Below are positions 31,701-40,253 of a DNA stretch of 64,000 nt, one piece after another. The translations under genes and the position numbers were made by a program. Position 1 is the stretch's first letter. Each line of letters opens with the position of its first letter. The notes under the pieces are model-generated. The model was given only the letters and a program-made list of their open reading frames with translations, did not search any database and was not told the DNA's origin. Source of the DNA: an uncultured Chitinophagaceae bacterium (lineage in GTDB: Bacteria; Bacteroidota; Bacteroidia; Chitinophagales; LD1); NCBI GenBank assembly GCA_964571705.1, contig CAZNDJ010000002.1:37585-101584 (forward strand), read 5' to 3'.

Positions 31701-34700
31701 ATACATTATCTTTTTTGACGTCTACGCTGTAGAAGTTACCCACTGTATTATCCTCCAGGTGGTAGCCGAAGGTCTTGGAGCGCACTACGTTGGTAGAACT
31801 GCCGGTATTCATATTCCAGTGGAAGTTCATCTTAACACCAAGCTGCGTATTGGCAAAGCCATCGAGATTCTGTCCAAAGAATACACCCAGTCCTGCATTG
31901 ACATCGAGGAAAGTAGTGTAGTCAATAGACTGTGTAGAGTCTGTGCCGCTGGTCTGCTCGTAGTCATATACTGCACCTGCGCTGTATGAGAGGTTTTGTA
32001 TAAATGTGGATGAGGTGTCGGCATTCTTGCGGTTCTTCTGCACTACTTGCTTCCATACGTCTATATATGACTGCATGAGCTGTATCGTATCTCCATGAGC
32101 CAGGGAGCGGAGCAGCTCGAGCTGCGGTATGAGCGTCTCGGTGATGTGCTTCTCTGTATAGATGTAGTTTGTGGCCAGGCCATTGGCACCCCAGGCCAGC
32201 TGGGTGTCGCGCACTACCTGGCAGTTTCTAAGTGAGATCACGTCTGAGAGGGCATAGATCATGTTGAATGATCCGCCCACGTACACATCACCCTGATGGC
32301 CTACCAGGGCTATGTCTGTACCATTGTTGGCATTGGAGGTAGATATCTGCTGGTGAGCAGTAAAAGTGGTATTGACCTGCGTATTGTGATTCTGATCACC
32401 ACCGGCCTGTGCATCCGCTGTGATCTCCACACCTGCACCGACTACGATACCGGTGAAAGGTATAGGTATACCTGCACCGATCTTGGCATCTACATACGGG
32501 CCCGCTGAGCCGCCCACCTGATAGGAGTTGCTATAAGAATAGTTGACTGAAGAATCTTGCGCGAGGAAGCTATAGCTGCTGCTGCCAGGAGGTGCATGCA
32601 ATACAAAGAATGGCAGCTCCGGTGTCTTGGTCACAAAGGTCTGCGTGTGCGGCCTGTGACCGGTGACCAGTATCTGCTTACCCCAGTTTGGCGCTGTATT
32701 ATTGCCTACGTGAGCAAAGAACTGAAGCACTTTGAGATAAGGCGCGGCGATATTAGGCACGCCCGGCAGGAGGAGGTAGTCATAGCGCCCATGGTAGAAA
32801 TTGACAGTCTGCGGCGCACCTACGTCACTCACGTCATCATATATCACGAGCTGGCCTGAGTCTACAGGGCAGCTCGTAGAGTCATAGGCAAAGAACTCTT
32901 TGATAGAGATGCGCAGTGGTATACGGTCGCCCTGGTCCACTATGTAGCCCCCATTCACGGATGGGCAGGCCATAGAGAGCGGGAAATTCAATACATCCAC
33001 TGTGATCTGGCCGTGGTAGACGAATGCAGCGCGAGGTACGATGACCCTATTGGTCGTCACAGTATCTATGATCGTATCGCGATGTGCGGGATAGACTATG
33101 ATCTGACCGCTGATCAGGGTGTCCGCGCGGGCAGGCACTACCGTATATGTGGTGTCTATGACAGTAGTGCTGGCGGAGTCGCGCTTGGTCACATCTACAT
33201 GTATTGGGCTGGCGCCGAGCTGGGTGAATAGAAGCGGATCTTCTATTACATTATTTACAAAGCCCTTTAGGAAATTGACTGTATATGGCTGGGCCGGCAC
33301 TATAATCGCTTTCTCGCCATAGCCGCTAAAGGTGTCAAATTTGGCATAGGCACCATTGTCCGAATTGATAGAGACGATGTCGTGATGGCTGACCTGATTG
33401 CCGCAGCCTCCCTTTACGCTGATACGGATCGTATCACGTGTGAGGTCGGTAAAGTTGACATTGAAAGAGTCTCCGGTGACATGGATGGTGATAGAGTCCG
33501 GTGAGAATTTATGATTGAATAGTACCGGTTTGAAGGTATAGGTGCCTTCCTGCTGTATGGCGATGGAGAAATCACCTGTACTGCTGGTAGTATTGCTGAT
33601 ATTGACATTATTCTGGAAAATGGATACGCCACCTTCGGTACAGTTAGGGCAGTTAGGGTCGGGCGAAAATTTGATTTTACCTTTGATAGTAAACACTGAA
33701 GTATCCTGAAAATCAACGCCGGTAGCATTGTTGCTGTTCATGGTCAGTGTACGGCGCAATGTATCAGGATTAAAACCGTGAGTACCCTTGTGAGGCACAA
33801 TGGTCCATGTAGCGCTCGTATCGTAGAAGCGGTCATTGAACTGATAAAAACCTGAAGCATCCGTCAGCACTGAGTCGAGGTAGAGGATACTATTGATACG
33901 GGCATAAGCTACCATCACCACTCCGCTTACGCCAGCGCTATAAATGGTGCGTACATTGCCTTTGATCACACCATTAGGGCGGGAAGCGCCCATATCGTGA
34001 AATGCAAAAGGGGAGTTATTGTTGGCATCGATAGGGGCTACAGCATAGTCATATACCACGCCCGGTACACCATCAAAGTCATTGTAAGTCGTAGAGTTCT
34101 TATTGACTACAGCTATCTGCTGCCCGTTGCGCATCACTGCGATGTCATTAGGGGCATACGCAGCTATGTTAGGCCAGGTGAGCTGGCTCTTGCTATAGAG
34201 TGAGGCATCTGTAGCCTGTAGGATGTGGTTAGAGATAGGTACACCATAGTAAGTACTAGAAGATTCAGGATTGCCCCAGCTGGTAGCCTGTGTCCTGACT
34301 TCATAGCTATATGTACCCTGAGGTAGCAGCAGGGGGTCCGTAAATGAATAAGTGCTGCCAGACACCGTGCCGATCAATGCGCCATTGCGATAGATATTAT
34401 ATTGCAGATTGGCGTCGGGTATGTCTGACCCCTTTGACCAAGTGAGATGAGTGAACTGGACATTAGGGATGTTAGTGGTATTCACATAACTGTAGCTGCC
34501 GTATACAGGGCTCAGTACATTGCTAGTCCCACCATATAGTCCTGTAGACCAGTTGTCATTCCAGTTGTCATGAGACCTTACAAATCCTGCCCCATCATCA
34601 TAGCAAGTGCCCACGCTGTTATGTCCGCGCCCCCACTGGTGTATCTGTGCGTAGAATGTGCGCGAGTAGTTTGGCCCTACCGCAAAATTGTAACTGCCAT

Positions 34701-34956
34701 CAGGAAAAGCAGGGCTACCCTGATTGAGAAAGGTCGCATCGCCGACACTGGTGCCTACATAGAGAGCAGAACCATCATAGGCGCACGAAAATGAATGTAC
34801 ACTAGCTCCTGTATAGTTCATCTGGAGGTAGTAGTCACTGTATTTACCGTTGACATAGTTGGTAATCCAGCCGCTCGCTGCAAAAGCAGACTGCACGGTC
34901 ATGGCACAGCATATCAATACAAATAGAAATCTCAGTCGGGAGTAGGGTTTTATCAT
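28789..34956 (-). CDS. Giant (2,055 aa) secreted protein of unknown function with T9SS type A C-terminal sorting domain
   Basis: Signal peptide MIKPYSRLRFLFVLICCAMTVQSAFA (start at Met-11 of the ORF, preceded by a TACATTTG -7 motif). Fn3-like and CarbopepD_reg-like segments in the N-terminal third, an unrecognised core, and duplicated C-terminal modules. The CTD is LLQNVPNPFSRSTEIQYNIP...GVYFYQMKAGDFVKTRRMLIIK. Confidence 0.85.
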   Translation of the reverse strand: MIKPYSRLRFLFVLICCAMTVQSAFAASGWITNYVNGKYSDYYLQMNYTGASVHSFSCAYDGSALYVGTSVGDATFLNQGSPAFPDGSYNFAVGPNYSRTFYAQIHQWGRGHNSVGTCYDDGAGFVRSHDNWNDNWSTGLYGGTSNVLSPVYGSYSYVNTTNIPNVQFTHLTWSKGSDIPDANLQYNIYRNGALIGTVSGSTYSFTDPLLLPQGTYSYEVRTQATSWGNPESSSTYYGVPISNHILQATDASLYSKSQLTWPNIAAYAPNDIAVMRNGQQIAVVNKNSTTYNDFDGVPGVVYDYAVAPIDANNNSPFAFHDMGASRPNGVIKGNVRTIYSAGVSGVVMVAYARINSILYLDSVLTDASGFYQFNDRFYDTSATWTIVPHKGTHGFNPDTLRRTLTMNSNNATGVDFQDTSVFTIKGKIKFSPDPNCPNCTEGGVSIFQNNVNISNTTSSTGDFSIAIQQEGTYTFKPVLFNHKFSPDSITIHVTGDSFNVNFTDLTRDTIRISVKGGCGNQVSHHDIVSINSDNGAYAKFDTFSGYGEKAIIVPAQPYTVNFLKGFVNNVIEDPLLFTQLGASPIHVDVTKRDSASTTVIDTTYTVVPARADTLISGQIIVYPAHRDTIIDTVTTNRVIVPRAAFVYHGQITVDVLNFPLSMACPSVNGGYIVDQGDRIPLRISIKEFFAYDSTSCPVDSGQLVIYDDVSDVGAPQTVNFYHGRYDYLLLPGVPNIAAPYLKVLQFFAHVGNNTAPNWGKQILVTGHRPHTQTFVTKTPELPFFVLHAPPGSSSYSFLAQDSSVNYSYSNSYQVGGSAGPYVDAKIGAGIPIPFTGIVVGAGVEITADAQAGGDQNHNTQVNTTFTAHQQISTSNANNGTDIALVGHQGDVYVGGSFNMIYALSDVISLRNCQVVRDTQLAWGANGLATNYIYTEKHITETLIPQLELLRSLAHGDTIQLMQSYIDVWKQVVQKNRKNADTSSTFIQNLSYSAGAVYDYEQTSGTDSTQSIDYTTFLDVNAGLGVFFGQNLDGFANTQLGVKMNFHWNMNTGSSTNVVRSKTFGYHLEDNTVGNFYSVDVKKDNVYGTPAFGLVAGTSACPHWPGTQARDSVQVTLDNYSVSNVPITQPATFTAHIVNLSESMGTRTYNIQAVPESNTEGAIIKIGGQQINNSPAAFTVAAGTDLPVVLTVERGPIASDYNGLQIAASSPCDGAEGNTITFEAHFQSTCSPIGLYTPSDNWLVNAASHDTLPIIFSGYNATDSNLISIGLEYRSVGGSWVPAINPPITRARLVAPYYAYILNTSALADGNYEIRAYANCGSQPGGRTYSQTLSGKIDRTNLQLFGTPSPADGVLNVGQNISVSFNEAIDCGRANAYDHIYSTLVRADNGQVIPDSVVCSGSSLIIYTNPPSLIDSLENVTLISTINNVYDINGNTLQQPVQWSFVVNRSKVYWSPANMNISAVTGTAATATGTMVNVGPLDSFTITHMPSWLSTPQQAVYTMTAGTPTNPSTRTVSFTVMNSLNPGHYTDTVIARASGRDLFLFVNLDVVKPHPNWSVNPAAYQYSMNVTANFSTTDLNTPLSTDTRDTIAVFKGDECRGFAGISYDPYTNKYVAFITAYSNNVVGDTLNFRMWDAVPGVEYQAKERLPFVDNGTIGQPLAPYILHPQGIFQTIMLTPGWNWFSLNVSAADMSTNSVLAHLHPANANIVKTDNAFAQYYQPSSGAGTWQGALATFNTKKSYMIQLSRADTLHFLGKPVTDTTSIQIASGWNWVGYPRQDISSATSYLANVTVADGDLLKTQSTFTQYNAGNWAGTLNNMYPGQGYKLKTANAFNFVIPPARSLPSWSADDNRYQQNMSVTADLQFNGVSTTQSHYLIGAFVNGTCVGVGQPIYLHSLNAYRAFITIHGDTANATQAITYKVYDTDNDVEYEALYDTIHVIPDSAVARAETPYVINVQTTTGINATNFAEGYSLLQNVPNPFSRSTEIQYNIPTAQQVSIMLYDEAGRLVANLVNGTQAAGNHKVSFAQEDLQSGVYFYQMKAGDFVKTRRMLIIK

Positions 34957-34974
34957 GATGATGATTTGTGGCTT

Positions 34975-34982
34975 CAAATGTA
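34975..34982 (-). promoter_or_regulatory. TAnnTTTG -7 promoter element for the giant T9SS gene
   Basis: Minus strand reads TACATTTG, 18 nt upstream of ATG 34956 and inside the longest-ORF extension. This supports the downstream start. Confidence 0.4.
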
Positions 34983-35228
34983 CCAAAAAGGAATGCTAAG
35001 CGAATTTTTTGTGCAGTTAAAATCAATACACAAAAAATACATAGCACGGTTTCAATGTAATAAACTGAATACGAGTTGTCTTTGATGGCAAAAAGGTGAC
35101 GGATGGTTGATTTTATGGACCTTCCGGAGGCTTGAGAATTCAAAAAAAGTAAGTGCAAGCTTAATAGTGCAGCTGAAAAAATTATGCTGCGGTTTTTTCA
35201 CATACGTCTTTTTTCAGAATAAAAACTT

Positions 35229-35236
35229 TACGTTTG
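35229..35236 (+). promoter_or_regulatory. TAnnTTTG -7 promoter element for the type-B cargo/PorP/PorE-like operon
   Basis: TACGTTTG lies 25 nt upstream of ATG 35262, in an AT-rich 275-bp divergent intergenic region. Confidence 0.45.
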
Positions 35237-35261
35237 TCTTGTCCTCAAAACATCTTACCGG

Positions 35262-37268
35262 ATGAAAAAACTCTACAACCCGTTCATCAGCCTTTTATTC
35301 CTGATGGGAATACTAGCGCATAGCACAAAGTCGGATGCGCAGGTATCTGCCTCAGACTCACTGACACTCGTAAGCCTGTACAATACTACCGGTGGCAGCT
35401 CGTGGATCAATCACAGCGGCTGGCTCTCGGGTAATGTGGGTACGTGGTATGGCATTACCACTGCTGGCGGCCGTGTGACGCGCATCTCCCTGCCGGGAAA
35501 TAACCTCTCTGGCGCTGCTACAGATTCGCTTTATCTACTCGGTGCGCTGGCAGTGGCAGACTTGAGTAGCAACGGGCTTACCTACTTCCCTGTGCTGACC
35601 GGCCTGCACCTGGATACACTAAACCTGGCGAATAACAAACTGACATTCCGCCACCTGGTACCTAATAAGGCTCATGTAGATTCATTCTACTATGCACCTC
35701 AGGATAGCGTAGAGGCAAATGTAGATACGATAGCTAATGAGCAGTCTGCCATATCACTGGTGACTGCGACTGATGCTAATCCTTTGGTGGGTGACAACTA
35801 TAGGTGGTACCTGGATACTACACTGGTCGTATCCGGTTCATCTAACGTCTATACCATACTATGTATGGACAGTGCCAATGCCGGCGATTACTATATAAGC
35901 ATCACTAATGCTCAGCTGCCGGCCCTGACGCTTTACCGCCGTGCTATCACACTACATGTGCGCAGATTAGCTGACCCCGGTCCAGACTTTCATGTATGTG
36001 CAGCTGTCTCTACCTTGCAGGGTTCTGCACCAGCAGGTGCCAGTGTCCTTTGGGCTACAGTCTCTGGCGGTGGTCATGCACTGAACGATACCATGCCGAT
36101 CACGCAGGTAAACAATCTGACTGTAGGTCCCAATGTATTTCAGTATGGCGTCACTGCAAATAACATCTCATGCCCAGCCCACTCGTATTCTTATGCCAGG
36201 GTGATCATCACCCGTGATACAAATCCATCTCCGGCCTACGCAGGTGTGGATCAGAGTGTATGCAGCGCTCAGGCACTGCTCAATGCAGACCCTCCGTCTA
36301 TAGGTACGGGTACCTGGACAGTGATCAAAGGGAATGGTACTGTAGCTCAGTCTACCATCCCTTCTACAGCAGTCAATGGTCTTTCTTTTGGTGAAAACAT
36401 TTTGCGCTGGCAGCTCACTAATGGTGCCTGTACGCCATCTTTTTTTGACGAAGTAAAAATATACCGCGATGATACGCTCAGGACTGTCAGTGCAGGTGTC
36501 GATACCTCTATCTGTCCTACTACATATATGCTGGGCGGTATACTGCCAGATGATGCATCCGGCGTATGGAGCGTAGTATATGGAGCCGGTACATTCTCTC
36601 CTGCAGATTCTCCACGTGCTACGGTGAGCGGGCTCAACGAATTTGCCAATACGCTGCGCTGGACTGTATCTAACTCATGCAACACTGTCTATGATGAGAT
36701 CGTAGTGACTGTTTACCATTTTGTGCATGCTAATGCAGGTCCAGACAAGGCGATCTATTACTCTCCTGTGGCGCGCTATGCGCTGGGTGATACACTGGAT
36801 GTAGCTACTGGCGGGACTGGCCCATATACATATGCATGGACCCCAGCGGAAAATCTAAGCGACTCCAGCAAAGAGCATGCACTTTTCCTGACGCCTGACA
36901 CGGGTGTGTACTCCTTTACAGTGCTGGTGACCGATGCCCATGGCTGTACAGCTACAGATGATGTGGTCTATACCGCTACCAAGGGTACTATCCTGGCAGT
37001 GCCGACACTCTTCACCCCCAATGGTGATGGTCTGAATGACGAGCTCTACATACCAGGCATAGAGAGCTATCCGGATAATGAGCTGACCGTAGTAGACCGC
37101 AATGACCAGGTAGTGCTGCATCGCAACAGCTACCGCAATGACTGGAAAGGAACGAATGAAGAAGGCTTCTCGCAGCTAGGTCACAGATTGGCGCCAGATA
37201 CATACTTCTACACGCTGAAACTGGAAGATGGTAAACTGCAGAAAGGCTTTTTCCTGATCAAATACTAA
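35262..37268 (+). CDS. Secreted LRR / Ig-like / PKD-like repeat protein with T9SS type B (gliding-motility-associated, CHU_C) C-terminal domain
   Basis: Signal peptide; LVSLYNTTGGSSWINHSGW plus LxxLxLxxN leucine-rich repeats; three ~85-aa Cys-containing repeats; a PKD-like GGTGPYTYAWTP segment. The C-terminus is PTLFTPNGDGLNDELYIPGIESYPDNELTVVDRNDQVV...DTYFYTLKL...GFFLIKY. Confidence 0.85.
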   Translation: MKKLYNPFISLLFLMGILAHSTKSDAQVSASDSLTLVSLYNTTGGSSWINHSGWLSGNVGTWYGITTAGGRVTRISLPGNNLSGAATDSLYLLGALAVADLSSNGLTYFPVLTGLHLDTLNLANNKLTFRHLVPNKAHVDSFYYAPQDSVEANVDTIANEQSAISLVTATDANPLVGDNYRWYLDTTLVVSGSSNVYTILCMDSANAGDYYISITNAQLPALTLYRRAITLHVRRLADPGPDFHVCAAVSTLQGSAPAGASVLWATVSGGGHALNDTMPITQVNNLTVGPNVFQYGVTANNISCPAHSYSYARVIITRDTNPSPAYAGVDQSVCSAQALLNADPPSIGTGTWTVIKGNGTVAQSTIPSTAVNGLSFGENILRWQLTNGACTPSFFDEVKIYRDDTLRTVSAGVDTSICPTTYMLGGILPDDASGVWSVVYGAGTFSPADSPRATVSGLNEFANTLRWTVSNSCNTVYDEIVVTVYHFVHANAGPDKAIYYSPVARYALGDTLDVATGGTGPYTYAWTPAENLSDSSKEHALFLTPDTGVYSFTVLVTDAHGCTATDDVVYTATKGTILAVPTLFTPNGDGLNDELYIPGIESYPDNELTVVDRNDQVVLHRNSYRNDWKGTNEEGFSQLGHRLAPDTYFYTLKLEDGKLQKGFFLIKY

Positions 37269-37289
37269 ACCCGACTAAACCTCCTCTAC

Positions 37290-38216
37290 ATGAGAAGATC
37301 ATATACCCTCATCGCCGTACTGTCTGCTGTGATGTCCCTGGCCTCGGTATCTGCCGGTGCGCAAGGCATCAGGCACTACTGGCTGAATAATCAAGTGCTA
37401 TACAACCCTGCGATGGCTGGCACCAAAGAAGAAGTAGTAGGCTCGCTGATATTCAATCAGCAGCAGGCCACCTTTCCCGGAGCGCCGCGTACACTGGCTG
37501 CACAGGCTAATGGCCGCCTGGGCTATACCAGCTCCTCACTGGGCGGTGCTATATCATATGAAGAATATGGTGTGCTGAAAAACTACAGCGCTACGCTCTC
37601 CTACTCCTATGGTATCAAGCTCAAGAAAGGCCGCCGCCTGATGCTCGGCGTGTCAGGGTCTTTTGGCGCGATACAGGAGAATGGCAGCGGGCTGACCACT
37701 ACATTCAACGGTGACGATATTTTCAAACTCAATACGACAGCCTATCAGGTCAATGTATCTGTAGGCGCTGCGTATGTGACAAAGAATTTCTACGTAGGAT
37801 TCTCAGTGCCAAAGCTCGTGCACAATGCCTATGACTACACTGTGAGCAAGAACAGGTATAGCCTGGAGAAATTCAACTTTAACCTGATGGCCGGATACGA
37901 CCTGAAGACGCGCAATGATTTCCACTTCATGCCGTCTTTTATGATCCGCTCTGACAAGCAGGAGCGCTTTAACGCTGACATCAACCTGAACTTCAAATAC
38001 AAGGATGTTTTCTGGTTTGGCCCGTACTACCGTGTCAATGCAGCCTTTGGTTTTATACTCGGTGTAGGCATCACGAAGTACGTACAGCTGAGCTACGCAG
38101 GCGAGCTGCAGCAGACGAAGTTCCGTACATCCAGCTATGGCAATCATGAAGTGGTGCTCGGATTCAAGATCCCTAAGTTTAACACCCGCATCGCTCAGTC
38201 GCCTAGATATTTTTAA
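37290..38216 (+). CDS. PorP/SprF family T9SS outer-membrane protein
   Basis: 308 aa. Signal peptide, YWLNNQVLYNPAMAG N-terminal motif and a beta-barrel-like alternating pattern. It sits immediately downstream of a type-B CTD cargo gene. Confidence 0.8.
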   Translation: MRRSYTLIAVLSAVMSLASVSAGAQGIRHYWLNNQVLYNPAMAGTKEEVVGSLIFNQQQATFPGAPRTLAAQANGRLGYTSSSLGGAISYEEYGVLKNYSATLSYSYGIKLKKGRRLMLGVSGSFGAIQENGSGLTTTFNGDDIFKLNTTAYQVNVSVGAAYVTKNFYVGFSVPKLVHNAYDYTVSKNRYSLEKFNFNLMAGYDLKTRNDFHFMPSFMIRSDKQERFNADINLNFKYKDVFWFGPYYRVNAAFGFILGVGITKYVQLSYAGELQQTKFRTSSYGNHEVVLGFKIPKFNTRIAQSPRYF

Positions 38217-38258
38217 GTGAAAGAAAAGAATACGAACGCCCAACCAAGCCTATATCAC

Positions 38259-40193
38259 ATGAAATACTATCACATAGCCACCCTCTCCTGCCTGCTGCTG
38301 GCAGCCACAGGAGCCGAAGCGAGCAAAGCCAGCCGCTGGGAAAAAGCTGTAAAGTGCGCAGATAAAAAAGCGCAGCAGAAATACTATGTAGCTGCCGCCG
38401 AAAAATATGAGCGCATACTGTCAGCGCCATGCAGCCGTGATACGGCGTGGCGTGACAGCCTCTATAGCGTAAAGGTGAAGCTGGCCGGCTGCTATATGAA
38501 GATGGGTAACAGTATCAAGGCGGAGTCTACCTACTCAGAAGTGGTAAAGGCTGGCAAAGCCAATGGGCAGGTCACCTTTGACTATGCACGGGCGCTGGAG
38601 GCCAATAGCAAGTATGCAGAGGCTAAAGAACAGTTTGAGAAAGCGGCGAATGACCCGACGCTGAAGGGCAAGATGGCGGCTGAATTTGCTGAAGTAGCGG
38701 AGAAAGGAACTCACAACACGCATAAGAATACCTTCCATATAGAGCGTACGCCATTTAATACTAATGCTACCGAATATGCGCCTGCGTACTACAAGAAAGG
38801 CCTGGCATTTACCTCAAACCGTGCTGAGCGCGGCCAGGCGTCAGAGCGCATCATGTGGAATAAGGAGCCATTCACAGATATCTATACTGTGCAGGAAGAT
38901 GGCAAAGGCGACCTGAATGTAATAGACAAACTGCCGGGGTCTATCAACTCAAGGCTGAATGATGGCGCAGCTACTTTCAACGCTGCCTATGATGAGATCT
39001 TCTTCACCCGAAACAATAAGAAGAACAAAAGGCACGACCAGCTGCAGATCCTGCACAGCACCTACAACGGTAGCGAGTGGAGCAGTCCTGAGCTGCTAAA
39101 CTTTGAAATGGAAGGCGCGAACTATGCGCACCCATCGCTCTCTCCGGATGGCAGCACGCTGTACTTCTCATCTGATGTGCAGGGCAGTGGCCAGGGTGGT
39201 ATGGACCTCTACTATGCCCGCCGCAATGGCAGCATATGGGAGTCTCCGATCAACCTCGGCACGCAGGTCAATACTTCGGGCAATGAAATCTTCCCATACC
39301 TGGCGGCTGACAGTGTCCTCTTCTTTACCTCAGACGGATGGCCGGGCTATGGCGGGCTGGATGTATTCCACGCGCGTATGGAGGGTGCCAAATTTGGCAA
39401 GGTGCACAACATGGGCATCAACTTTAACTCTGCCAAGGATGACCTCAGCATCATAGTAGACAGCAAGAACCGCATGGGCTACTTTGCCAGCAACAGGGAT
39501 GGTGATGACGACATCTTTAGTTTCAGCATGCCGGCACCCAAAGAAGAAAAGAAAGAAGAACCACTATACAGCGCTACACTGGTGGATGCTGCCACACGCC
39601 AGCCTATAGGCAATGCGCGTGTAGAGGTAGCAGATCCGCGCAGCCCGGGTGAAGGTGCCTTCTATTACACCAATGAAAACGGTGTAATGTACTATGATAA
39701 GAAAGTAAAATCTACGGATGTAGTCCGTGTAGGCAAGGATGACTATCAGACCCAGATCATATCCGGTGCCAGCATCTCTGACAAGGGAACCGTGGAAGTA
39801 CCAATGGTGGCTGAGAAGCGTGTAAAGGAAGACGTAAACCATCCATACACTACCATCCTCTACTATGAGCTGAATACATCAAACCTCGGTACAGCATCTA
39901 AGGACACACTGCAGTCTGTGCTGCAAAAAATGAAGGAAGATCCAAACAATGTGGTCTACATCAGTGGCTATGCTGACCAGCATGGCTCAGACACCTATAA
40001 TAATGGCCTCTCCCTGCGCCGTGTGAAAGAAGTAGTAGACTACCTGGCAGCTCAGGGCATCTCCACTATACGTATCCGCTCTGCCTACTTTGGCGCTGTG
40101 AAGTTGAGCAAGGACTGCGGCAAAGATCCTAAGTGTGTAGAGGAGACCAACCGCCGCAATCGCCGCGTAGAGATCAAGGTGGCGAACCAGTAA
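38259..40193 (+). CDS. PorE-like protein: TPR + TolB-like beta-propeller repeats + CarbopepD_reg-like + OmpA_C peptidoglycan-binding domain
   Basis: Signal peptide MKYYHIATLSCLLLAATGAEA (a GTG at 38217 is also possible). TPR-like helices; five repeats of the E.AP..S.DG..LYFSS/FASNR type; YSATLVDAATRQPIGNARVEV; C-terminal YISGYADQHGSDTYNNGLSLRRV...NRRNRRVEIKV. Confidence 0.8.
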   Translation: MKYYHIATLSCLLLAATGAEASKASRWEKAVKCADKKAQQKYYVAAAEKYERILSAPCSRDTAWRDSLYSVKVKLAGCYMKMGNSIKAESTYSEVVKAGKANGQVTFDYARALEANSKYAEAKEQFEKAANDPTLKGKMAAEFAEVAEKGTHNTHKNTFHIERTPFNTNATEYAPAYYKKGLAFTSNRAERGQASERIMWNKEPFTDIYTVQEDGKGDLNVIDKLPGSINSRLNDGAATFNAAYDEIFFTRNNKKNKRHDQLQILHSTYNGSEWSSPELLNFEMEGANYAHPSLSPDGSTLYFSSDVQGSGQGGMDLYYARRNGSIWESPINLGTQVNTSGNEIFPYLAADSVLFFTSDGWPGYGGLDVFHARMEGAKFGKVHNMGINFNSAKDDLSIIVDSKNRMGYFASNRDGDDDIFSFSMPAPKEEKKEEPLYSATLVDAATRQPIGNARVEVADPRSPGEGAFYYTNENGVMYYDKKVKSTDVVRVGKDDYQTQIISGASISDKGTVEVPMVAEKRVKEDVNHPYTTILYYELNTSNLGTASKDTLQSVLQKMKEDPNNVVYISGYADQHGSDTYNNGLSLRRVKEVVDYLAAQGISTIRIRSAYFGAVKLSKDCGKDPKCVEETNRRNRRVEIKVANQ

Positions 40194-40216
40194 CAGTTTA
40201 ACAACTCCTGATAGTG

Positions 40217-40253
40217 AAATGGTTATCTTTGATAGATAACCATTTTTCGTTTT
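40217..40253 (+). terminator. Intrinsic terminator closing the three-gene T9SS-B operon
   Basis: 11-bp stem AAATGGTTATC (40217-40227) / GATAACCATTT (40235-40245), followed by TTCGTTTT. Confidence 0.7.

Noticed and set aside
31285-31989. 234-aa plus-strand ORF and other antisense ORFs inside the 2,055-aa gene (28861-29424, 29953-30336 and others)
   Set aside because: They are antisense to a continuous 6.2-kb ORF, are Cys/Arg/Ile-rich with no motifs, and are typical shadow ORFs.
32250-32300. MACPF-like signature in the giant T9SS protein (LVGHQGDVYVGGSF)
   Set aside because: The MACPF motif is [YW]-G-[TS]-H-[FY]-x6-G-G. Here the residue spacing between His and GG is one short and the flanking aromatic residues are missing. 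The resemblance is too weak to call.
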